DNA from: Octopus sinensis
Lineage: Eukaryota
Length of the DNA: 64,000 bases
NCBI RefSeq assembly: GCF_006345805.1
Contig: NC_043000.1
Span: 22,134,001-22,198,000 of the forward strand
Direction: 5' to 3'
The notes under the pieces were generated by a model, which worked only from the letters and a program-made list of their open reading frames with translations, did no database searches and was not told the DNA's origin. Shown piece by piece: positions 1 through 9,428 of the stretch (position 1 is the first letter of the stretch; every line of letters begins with the position of its first letter). Position numbers and translations under genes: made by a program.

Positions 1-779
1 ACATTATCCTTAATTGCTGATAGCCTCTAAAATAATATCCTTCCTGATAAACTGGCAATAATAGTCCCAAAGACAGAAACTAAATGTCTATGAAGCCAGA
101 AGGTCTCCACAACACAGCTGCAACTTCTAATGCTATGTGACATGCCCAATTTACTGTTTATGCTCAAATACATTTTCCAGTCGCCAAGTTGGTGATGTAT
201 TGGATCCTATTTCTGGCAATCCACATACTGTCTTTTTCACCGTAATGCTTTTTTACAGAGTGAAAAAATACTCCACCTATCACTCAATCCATCTCCGACT
301 TTCTCTAAGTTTATACATTACATTTATAGCTTTGAAGTTGCTGCAGGACCTCTGCTTTCTCTCTGCCTATATACCCCTCTCTATGTCTTTATCTCTCTCA
401 CTATCCCCCCCTCTCTCTGGTTGTATATGTGTCTCACTCTCATTACCAAATACTTTTCTAGAGAAAAAATATGCGAGACAGATGGAAAGGGGGTTAGGGA
501 GAAAAAAGAAGTTAGACAGAGCGAGGAAGAGACAGAAGACAGATGTCTCTTCTCCCCTCTGTCTCACTCATTTTTTCTCCATAACCCCCTTTAAATTATG
601 TTATGCAATATTGAAATACCTTTTAACAATTTTTATTGTAAAGAAAATTGGCATTACATTAGATGCCAATATGTGCCTTATGAATACATTTGAGTACTGT
701 ACAGACCAGGCTGAAGGCTGGGAGGCTTGCTAGTATATATATATATTAGGGATATATAGTTTATATATATATATATAGT

Positions 780-1397
780 CAGGCCATAACCTGTGGCCCC
801 TACCTGGGACGTAGTCAGTCCACCTGTGCATACCTTCCTTCTTGTGACACTTGTGAAGACCTGTTGAGGCAAGTGAAAATCAAATCAAATCAAAACAAAT
901 CAAAATAGATGAACATCAATGGAATTTGTATCTTTGTGGTACCAGTGCCGGTGGCACGTGGCACACAAGAAAACCATCCGAACGTGGCCGTAGCCAGTAC
1001 CGCATCGACTGGCCTCCGTGCTGTGGGCACGTAACAAACACCATCCGATCGAGGCCGTTTGCCAGCCTCATCTGGCACCTGTGTCGGTGGCACATAAAAA
1101 CACCATCCGAGCGTGGCCGTCTGCCAGCCTCGTCTGGCACCTGTATCGGTGGCACATAAAAAACACCATCCGAGCGTGGCCGTTTGCCAGCCTCGTCTGG
1201 CACCTGTGTCGGTGGCACATAAAATCACCCACTACACTCTCGGAGTGGTTGGCGTTAGGAAGGGCATCCAGCTGTAGAAACACTGCCAGATCTGACTGGA
1301 CTGGTGCAGCTTTCGGGCTCCCCAGACCCCAGTTGAACCGTCCAACCCATGCTAGCATGGAAAGTGGACGTTAAATGATGATGATGATGATGATGAT
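780..1397 (+). mobile_element. 3' end of an RTE-clade LINE (3' UTR with internal 62-bp tandem units and (GAT)n tail)
   Basis: Ends ...GGAAGGGCATCCAGCTGTAGAAAC...CCATGCTAGCATGGAAAGTGGACGTTAAAT(GAT)n. The same tail terminates the RTE reverse-transcriptase-bearing copy at 40805-42900. Confidence 0.75.
945..1225 (+). repeat. 62-63 bp tandem repeat, about 4 units
   Basis: Unit GGCACCTGTGTCGGTGGCACATAAAAACACCATCCGAGCGTGGCCGTCTGCCAGCCTCGTCT starts at 1074, 1136 and 1199, with more diverged units upstream. Confidence 0.9.
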
Positions 1398-2450
1398 GAT
1401 ATATATCGATGATTCTATTAGCACAACCTCACTCTCCCACGAACATTTGGACTCCTTCCTCTCCTTTGTCCAATCCTTCCATCCTGCCCTAAAATTCTCT
1501 TGCACTGTGACTCTTCCATCAAGTTTCTTGACATTTTTGTCAACATACACCACTCCACTCTCACCACCTCCACCCTCTACAAACACACTGACTCACATTC
1601 CTTCCTTAACTTATCCTCTTTCCACCCTACCCACACCAAGCTCTCCATCCACTACTTCCAATTCCTCCATCTACGGTGGCTCTGCAGTGATGACCATAAA
1701 TTTGAAACTCAGTCTCAACTCAGGCTCGCCACTTCATCCTATGTGGATATCTCATTACCATTATCCACACTGTCCTTGCCCAGGCACAATCTGTGGACCA
1801 TGCCTCTGCTCTTTCTCCTTGTACCCACCCCACCCTTACCCATCTCCCATTTCCCCTCATCTACCGCTTCTCCACCCTACCCCTCCAACGACCCATTCTC
1901 GAAGCCTTATGGCGACTCCAGTTTGATTCTTCCATCTCATACATCTTCCCTAACCTACACCTTCACTCTTTCAAATGAGCCCATAAATTTTGTGACCTTC
2001 TGGTCCACAGTTTCTTCCTTACCCCTGCCTCTCAACCTGGCTCCTTCCTCTGCTCTCACCCATGCTTTCACACCTGCCCCTACCTCTCCAACACCACCAT
2101 CCTCACTGGCACCCACCACTGTCCCTGTCATGACACTGACTCCTTTACCTGCACCTCCAGTAATGTTATTTACTGCATCTCTTACTCTCTTTGTCCTTCC
2201 CTGTACATTGGTCAAACAGGACACCACTTGGCTAACTGGTTTGCAGAGCACCTTTGAGACATGAGACTCGCCAATGACACCCCAGTCTTGTGCCACTTCC
2301 ACTCTACCGGTTATTCACTTCAACATCTGTTTGTATTTGGACTATCTTTGCACAGGGGCCACCAGGACTTCCGCCTTTGCCGTGAGCAGGAATTAATCTT
2401 CTCTCTTCATTCCTTTGCACCATATGGTTCAACTCACTACCTCTCTTCAT
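1398..2450 (+). mobile_element. Decayed Penelope-like retroelement (RT C-terminus plus GIY-YIG endonuclease)
   Basis: Frameshifted translation gives YIDD...SFHPALKFS...IKFLDI...YKHTDSHSFLNLSSFHPTHTKLSI (PLE RT/thumb), then NVIYCISYSLCPSLYIGQTGHHLANWFAEHL*DMR (GIY-YIG, ~2162-2270) and REQELIFSLHSFAPYG. A CA-rich tract follows. Confidence 0.85.
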
Positions 2451-3329
2451 CTGACACCGACCTCACATGGATTCCCACACGCATCCCACATTCAACTGCT
2501 CCCCCTCCACCTACACACCTGCATTCCACCTGGCTCAGTACCCTCACCACACACATGCCACTATACAAACACTAGCACCGGACACTTCTCAGCACCCACA
2601 CCACACACCATTATCCACACATCCACACTCACTCTTCAATAGCAACACCACATATACCACTATACGAGCAGCCCCCCACACTCTTCAACTCCATAGACAT
2701 ACCACACATCATGCAAACTCCCACACCCACACAAGCACATAATACCTGAACATAATATGCACACACACACGCAACGCACATAAACACATGCAACATCCAT
2801 AGACACAGGGTGGTATCTGTTTAGGGTGCTGCCCTCTGTTTCTCTCAGCCTTAAATATACATGGGATTTGATAAACTAGTCTATAAATTAAAAATGACCC
2901 TATAAAAAAACAAAAAAATCAGTGACAGGTAGTGTCTTCTTGAAAATTTTTAGTTACAGCTATGATGTTGTAGGTACAACATGTCCTTTGTCTATCTCCT
3001 TAACTTCTTGGAGATTTTAGGTATAATTATACTAATATGTCCATCTGTTCTAATTTAATTAAGTTCTATGTCTTTGTGCAGCTGAAGATTGCTCTACATT
3101 ATAAATTGATGTAATGATTGCATTGTTCAATTAAATGGAGTTGCATGAAATGATCATTACCTCTGGATATCCTTGTTGCTTATCTTGATTTTAATCACCT
3201 TATTTTGAAATTATATGGATAATACCATACTAAATTTCTGGTGCCTCAACTTAAGTACTATATTCATCTGAATCTAAATTTTTGCTGAACTCATCTACCA
3301 TACTTAAAGTATATATATATATATATATA

Positions 3330-3884
3330 TGGTGGCTGTCCCCTTGTTATTGAGTATGGCCATTTCACAAAGCTTAATCAATGTTGTTATCGTGCAATGC
3401 CTGTGCAAGAAGATTGTTTTTAAAGTGAGGAAAGGCTGTGCGCTGAGTCAATCCCACTCACTAAGCAACAGCAGCCATAATCCGAAAAGAAGAACAAGTC
3501 AACATCATCAGTAACCATTGAGCCACAGGTTTTATGTCGGAGTTATCCCAGTTACCTGAGTTACCTTCCCCTAGAAGGATGCCCTTACAAAGGCTAGGAG
3601 TCCTTCACTCCCAATGGTTTAACCATGCGATCAGGTATTCAGTCCGATTATTTCTATGTCCCCGCGCATGATACAGCCTTAAGACATTTATTGGATAGCC
3701 GTTGACTCTCAAAAGTTCCTCCGCCCTTTGACGGGTTTTGTTTTTCATCCCGCAGGGTGTCCAATAAACACCCCCCTCACCAAGCAAGCTTGGTGGGGTT
3801 GCCGGTTTAGTCGCCGACGACCCGACCATGCAACAGGTTGTACTGGGTTACATGTTGCCAGTAGCACTCGAAAGTGACCTGACA
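3330..3884 (-). mobile_element. 5' UTR-type fragment of an RTE-like element embedded between (TA)n tracts
   Basis: Minus strand carries AGCCTTGTAAGGGCATCCTTCTAGGGGAAGGTAACTC, resembling the motif seen in RTE 5' UTRs. GC/CpG-rich, with sharp boundaries at TA microsatellites on both sides. Confidence 0.5.
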
Positions 3885-4034
3885 TATATATATATATACA
3901 CACACACATACATATACACATACATACATATATACATATACATACATACATCATCATCATCGTTTAATGTCCATTTTCCATGCTAACATGAGCTTATACA
4001 TATATATTTGTATGTATATGTGTAAGTGAATGAG

Positions 4035-4305
4035 ACCTTTGTTGATATGCTGTGCTTCAAAAGACTCATCAAGCTAAGTAAAATCATAGTTTGGCTGATG
4101 CTGGTGCCACATAATTGGTACCTGTGCCAGTGGAACATAAATAGCATTCATTACACTCGTGGAGTTGTTGGTGTTAGGAAGGGCATCCATCCATAGAAAC
4201 CATGTTAAATCAAATAGGAACCTGGTGCAGCTCTCCAGCTTACCAGTTTCCTAATCCATTGCCAGCCTGGAAAGCAGATGCGAAATGACAATGAGGATAA
4301 TGTAT
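4035..4305 (+). mobile_element. Decayed RTE LINE 3' end
   Basis: GATATGCTGTGCTTCAAAAGAC (end of ORF) followed by GGAAGGGCATCC tail motif and a degenerate GAT tail. Confidence 0.65.
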
Positions 4306-4397
4306 ATGGATAAAAACAGTCTGATTCAAAATTGTTGTAACTTTTGAGTTTCAAGTGTGATGATAGTCATCAGCCATTTTGAATTTGAATGACAGAA

Positions 4398-4658
4398 GTT
4401 GATTGTTATTTCCATAAGGTGGGCTGCGATTGGTCGCGGAAGGTCCCGTGGCGTCATGGCTTGATGTTGATATAGGGTAACTGTTAGTTGGAAAATACCA
4501 CATGGTGAACAAGAAATTGACCATGTGGGGGATAGGAATTTTCTGTTCACCATGTGGTATTTTCCAACTAACTGTTACCCATATACCAACATTGAGCCAC
4601 GACACTGCATGACCTTCCTTGACTAATTGCAGCCCACCTTATAGCAATAACAATCAAC
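4398..4658. repeat. 261-bp imperfect palindrome (fold-back element)
   Basis: Left arm GTTGATTGTTATT...GGTGAACAAGAAATT (4398-4518) is the reverse complement of the right arm AATTTTCTGTTCACC...AATAACAATCAAC (4537-4658). Loop about 18 nt; the inner ~45 bp are nearly perfect. Confidence 0.9.
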
Positions 4659-5246
4659 ATATCTTTTTATATAAAACTGAAATATGTTTCCACCGCTTGG
4701 ATCGCTTTCAAGGCCACTACATCCCGTCGGATTGACTCCAAAATTTACAGGGACATGTAAAATGAGGTGACGATGCCCGTGGGCTATGTTAGAAATCCCT
4801 ATCTTAAAAGGTGTCGTTGCTAGGGCCAAAAACCCACTTTGACAAGTCCACTCCCATTCTTTAATGTATCTGTCTTCCTCAACTCACTCTTGCTATTTCC
4901 TTTCTTCCCAGCACTTTTTCACTCACTCTATTTCCTACCTTCCCATCACTTTCACTTCGTCAAACAGCGTTCTTTTATGTATCTGTCTGCATTCATAGAG
5001 AGAATTACCATCGCCATCACCAACACACAATCATGACAACAAATATTATGAATCTCGCCATCGCATTCTATTGTCTGCCTATCAACGCGCCGATCGAGCA
5101 AATACAAACAGAACACACCAACGAGCGTTCGTGTTCTGGTGATAACGTAGGTTTTTCGTATCTATTACATTTTAACATTTATTTAGAACCCTGCAAATTT
5201 TTCGTGCTAAATTTTCATTTTTTACTACTTTATTATTTTTTCTTAA

Positions 5247-5466
5247 CACTTTAGTGTTCACATTATTCTACCAAAATTAATGCTTTTTATTCACATTGTT
5301 TTGAACTAATCATGCATTATCTTGTAGCTATGAGATTTTGATGCGGTAGCTGTTAATTTTTAAAACGATATTGTAGGGTTGGTGTGAGAGACCAGATCTG
5401 GCCAGTTTTAACATAAAACAGGCAGAATACTTTTGGCCGGATATGGCCGGTTTAAATGCTAAAGGG
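5247..5466. mobile_element. piggyBac-type MITE
   Basis: TTAA at 5243-5246 and 5467-5470 flanking inverted ends CACTTTAGTGTTCA / TAAATGCTAAAGGG. Confidence 0.7.
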
Positions 5467-5914
5467 TTAAATTGATGCTTTTATTAAAATTAATTCTAAT
5501 TGTCTGGGTCAACAGTTTGTTTCCTCGGAGGATATGGAAATTCCTATTACCCGTCAGAGAAATAACTCCAGCAGCTCACAACTATTTCAACAAAGACAAG
5601 GTTACCTGCTTACCAGTCGAATTCAGCGTCAATGCTCACGTATGATAGAGACTCCAACACACACACACACATATATATATATACATATATATATATAATG
5701 TGTGCATTATGTGATCGGTTGAGCTGAAAATATGCAGACCTATGTTAAAAGTGCTGGCAATTTTGCATGACAACAATTTTTTTTCCTCTAGGACAAAATT
5801 CCTCATCTTATAAAATGTGGCCCCAGTAGACCCGAATAAAATTGGGTTATATTAACCAAAATGTGAAAAGGGGTCTAAATGGGGCTGGAAGGGGATTAAA
5901 ATTTAAAGGAGCGG

Positions 5915-6170
5915 GTGTTTAGGAATTCTCTGTTACATCAAGCTAAAAAATTTGCGCCAGCCTTTTAATCGTCAATGTGTTGCCGTCCATGATGAAAAAG
6001 TTTTGAATGCTTGCCATGGTGAGTCTACTGTCACGAGAAAGAATCACTTCAAAACTTGGTGTTTAGGGATTTTCTTTTACATCAAGTTCAAAATTTTACG
6101 CCAGCCGTTAACCTGTCAAAACGTTGCTGTCCGTCGTTCAGAAATGCCAGCCATGGTGACTCTACTATCC
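5915..6170 (+). repeat. Diverged tandem duplication, 144-bp period
   Basis: GTGTTTAGG...TTACATCAAG...CGCCAGCC...GCCATGGTGA.TCTACT occurs from 5915 and again from 6059. Confidence 0.8.
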
Positions 6171-6477
6171 TCAGATTCTATCCCTTCAAACTTTGGTTTC
6201 CAATATTTTATTATTTTTATTCAGCTCGCTAGTTTGTCTGTCCCTTTTAAATGTAAGTGTTTTGCTGTCTGCCTTGAAGCAGACCTTTCTGTTGTTACTG
6301 CCTGATATTTATGATTGATCTTTCTAAATATTTTATTTCTCAACTTACTCAAGATCTTTTGTTGTTTATAAATGGGAGAGAGATAGATAAAGATAGAGAG
6401 TAAGAGAAAGCGAGGGAGAGTCCGAGAGAAAGGAAGAGTAAGAGAGTGGGGAAAGTGAGAGAGAAACAAAGAGGGAG

Positions 6478-6735
6478 AATCATCATCATCATCATCATCG
6501 TCGTTTAACGTCTGTTTTCCGTGCTAGCACGGGTTGGAGAGTTTGACCGGGGTCTGGGAAGCCAGGAGGCTGCACCAGGCTCCAGTCTGATCTGGCAGTG
6601 TTTCTACAGGTGGATGCCCTTCCTAATGCCAACCACTCTGTGAGCGTAGTGGGTGCTTTTTTCATGCCGCTGGCACAGAAGCCAGTCAAGGCGGCGCTGC
6701 AATCGGCCACGTTTGGATGGTGCTTTTTACGTGCT
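6478..6735 (-). mobile_element. RTE LINE 3' tail copy
   Basis: (CAT)n then CGTTTAACGTC...GGATGCCCTTCCTAATGCCAACCAC, the reverse complement of the tail at 1240-1397. Confidence 0.8.
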
Positions 6736-6770
6736 GAAAGGAAGCAACAGAAAGTAACAACCACACTCTT

Positions 6771-6802
6771 ACCCGCGCGTAGAGCGGGTCACCTTCAGCT
6801 AG
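6771..6802 (+). mobile_element. Helitron 3' terminus
   Basis: GC-rich hairpin ACCCGC-gcgtaga-GCGGGT (6771-6789), then CTAG at 6799-6802 followed by T. The 5' end is not defined; the body may extend to ~5.7 kb. Confidence 0.6.
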
Positions 6803-7680
6803 TATATATATATATATATATATGTGTGTGTATCTGATGTGTATTAATATATGTATATGTATGTCATTATTACCACCAACAATGTGTTAACACCCACTTT
6901 TCCATGATTGCATGGTTCAGACCAGATTTGTTGGTTCTAGAAAGAGCAATAATAGAAAAAAATGAATGTTGAAGCAATGTGTGTGTGCATGTGTGAGTGT
7001 GTGTGTATGCGTATGTGTGTGCATGTGTGTGTCTGCCTTGAAATATTCACTTAAACAGTAGAACAGTCAATTAAGTGTGGTGATTGACTCTCAGAATTTC
7101 ATAAGTATAAAAGCCATGAACAATAGTAAAGGAACTTGTAGGAAAATGTTGATTCAGTTTTGAAAACTGGCTCAGAATCTAAGAAACTATTCATTACATA
7201 TATATATATATATATACGTATAAAACAATGGAGTCACGAATTATAAAAATCAATGTGCTGTAATATGTTGTATCATGTAAATGAATGAAGAGCAATATTA
7301 ATTGGTTACTAAGATGGTCTTTAATTTATGTTTAGTATGTTGTTATATCTAGCAAACAACTTCTCTGAGTTGTTTGTATACACAGCTTGTTTGTTGTTGC
7401 AGCAAACAAATTGTCTTTAGCTCCATGGTCCATTGTATATGGCAATTAGCTTCATCTAAGTGACTACTTAAGAGAGAGAGAGAGAGAGGTGGCAGGTAAA
7501 TAATGTGTAGTTAGATAGAAAGAGTAAGGATTGTATTGTTCCAGGCATAATGATGCTTTCTCCATCAATCCCAGAAACAAGGAAGAAGGAAGATTGATGC
7601 TCTCTGATCAGAGGTTGATTGACCCAAAGAAAAGGAACTTATTTAATGTTGCATATTTATATTCTTCCTAAACTAAGTGT

Positions 7681-7810
7681 GTTTCTGTCCCAGTAACTTA
7701 GTGTTTTGGCAAAAGAGACTGATAGAATAAGTACTAGGCTTACAAAGAATAAGTCCTGGGGTTCGATTTGCTCGACTAAAGTCAAATGACTGAAACAAGT
7801 AAAAGAATAA
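7681..7810 (+). mobile_element. 3' half of tRNA-headed SINE (family A)
   Basis: GATAGAATAAGTACTAGGCTTACAAAGAATAAGTCCTGGGG...AAATGACTGAAACAAGTAAAAG matches the 3' half of the full copy at 37695-38082. Confidence 0.8.
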
Positions 7811-7830
7811 ATATTTTATTCTATACATGA

Positions 7831-8138
7831 CTAGCAGTATCACCTGGCGTTGCTCGGGTTTGTAAGGGAAATAACTATATAAGCATTTTTAGAGAGTTAC
7901 TTCCCTTATATAACCCGAGCAAAAATCATTAAAAATGCGGAAAAATGATGGTAAATATTTTTAAAATCGTAAACTCATTGTAGACGTGCACTAATACCCA
8001 GAAGGGCTCAATATGAATCACGACTATAAGATACCCGCTTTTGGTTAAACTGCACAGCAAAATGTGGGAGTAGTTAGGAATCTAAATCGGAGTAGACAGA
8101 CACATACACACACATAACTTTAGTTTTATATATAAAGA
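7831..8138 (-). mobile_element. Non-autonomous Helitron (~308 bp)
   Basis: On the minus strand: A|TC TTTATATATAAAA... 5' end, microsatellite near the 5' end, degenerate subterminal hairpin CCCGAGCAACGCCAGG, and CTAG|T 3' end. These are canonical Helitron termini at an A/T insertion site. Confidence 0.75.
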
Positions 8139-8540
8139 TATAATATTTGTGATACTAAGAAGTGGTTGTGAATATCTTTAAAGGGAGATAATATTTAGAT
8201 TAAAATAAATAAAATAGATTTGATGCCATTTTGTAATATTTGATTGTAATAAATTAAATTATTTGATTATATACTAAAAATGTTCAGGAATGAAAATGAA
8301 ATTCAATAATATTAATTGTATATTACTTGAAATTAGATTGTGTATAGGTTCTTTCCTTGCTCTATGGAATATCCTAAGATGTGAACTGTTTATACTTTGA
8401 AGTCACTATTTATCTTTTTCAGTTATTAATTTTTTTAAACAGGCTGTTAATCAGTATGAAAGTTGGTTTATGTAATTAATGCAACTGTGATCATCGCTTT
8501 GTTTGCAAAGTTATCTCCTCTGAAATAATTTACTCTGGAT

Positions 8541-8590
8541 CAGTGGTTACCAACCTGGGGTCTGCAAAGGTAGTACTGGGAGTCTGTGAA
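8541..8590 (+). mobile_element. hAT (Charlie-like) terminal fragment
   Basis: CAGTGGTTACCAACCTGGGGTCTGC resembles the CAGTGGTTCCCAACCTGGGG terminus typical of hAT/Charlie elements. The other end was not found. Confidence 0.4.
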
Positions 8591-8622
8591 CTAAATTAGT
8601 TATTTCACACACACACATATAG

Positions 8623-8790
8623 GCGTAGGAGTGGATGCATGGTAAGTAGCTTGCTACTTACCATGCATCCACTGGATTTGGCAGCCAGTAACTGAAAGAA
8701 GTCCTTATATGAAATACGTGGTATATATGCATGTGTGTGTGTGTGTGTGTATTTGTCTCCTTGTCCTGATATAATGTGATTGTTCTAGAT
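8623..8790 (+). mobile_element. Rearranged SINE head containing a perfect 20-bp fold-back
   Basis: Family A head GGCGTAGGAGTGG...GGTAAGTAGCTTGCT jumps to TGGATTTGG...AACTGAAAGAAG via an inverted copy of itself (8631-8672). Confidence 0.7.
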
Positions 8791-9291
8791 GAATGTCATT
8801 CATTTCTAATATTTTGCAAGAGCATATCTGGCCAAATATTACTTTGAGTGTTAGTGACAGGAAAAGCACTTCATCTGATTGATGTAAGTTTTGAAAAGGG
8901 TATGTTAAAACTATGATGATGGTGATGTTTGTTTCTTTTCTTTTTTTAATTAACTATTGTAACCTAAGACAAAAGTTTGAGTTTTCTTATAGATTGATGC
9001 TGTCTGCAGTTGATTTGATTGACTTTGTTATTGAGAAATCATTCTATCATAGTTCAATACCAACATTTGCTTCCTCAATGTCTGAAGACTAGAATGATTT
9101 GTGAATGGATCTATGTAGATATCTTTTCAAAATCTCACTTGGAAGAGTGATTTTATTTTCCTGTAAACTTCCCTACTTAATAATTTGCTGTTTCCAAAGA
9201 GAGAAATCTATAATTTATTGTTTTGTATGCTAAAGTAGGATTGTTGAATTTATTAAACACTTTATAGTTCATAATCATACATGTATGAGTG

Positions 9292-9428
9292 AGTCTATCT
9301 ATCTGTCTGCCTGCCTGTCTATCTACCTATCTATCTGCCTGTCTATCTATCTATCTATCTGTCTGCCTGCCTATCTATCTATCTATTTGTCTGTCTGTCT
9401 ATCTACCTATCTATCTATCTGTCTATCT
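9292..9428. repeat. Compound (TCTA)n/(TCTG)n/(CCTG)n microsatellite
   Basis: Directly visible tetranucleotide array. Confidence 0.95.

Noticed and set aside
137-733. 198-aa ORF
   Set aside because: Runs through CT/GA low-complexity sequence with no recognisable domain. The opposite strand of ~50-260 weakly resembles a decayed RTE C-terminus.
945-1225. CRISPR-like regular repeat
   Set aside because: The whole 62-bp unit repeats with no unique spacers, there are no cas genes, the context is eukaryotic, and it lies in a LINE 3' UTR.
1375-2264. 183-aa and 254-aa ORFs as host genes
   Set aside because: They are frameshifted pieces of a dead Penelope-like element; the poly-Met start comes from a (GAT)n tail.
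3700-3770. Twister ribozyme in the RTE-like 5' region
   Set aside because: Lacks the conserved CGGUCCCAAGCCCG-type core.
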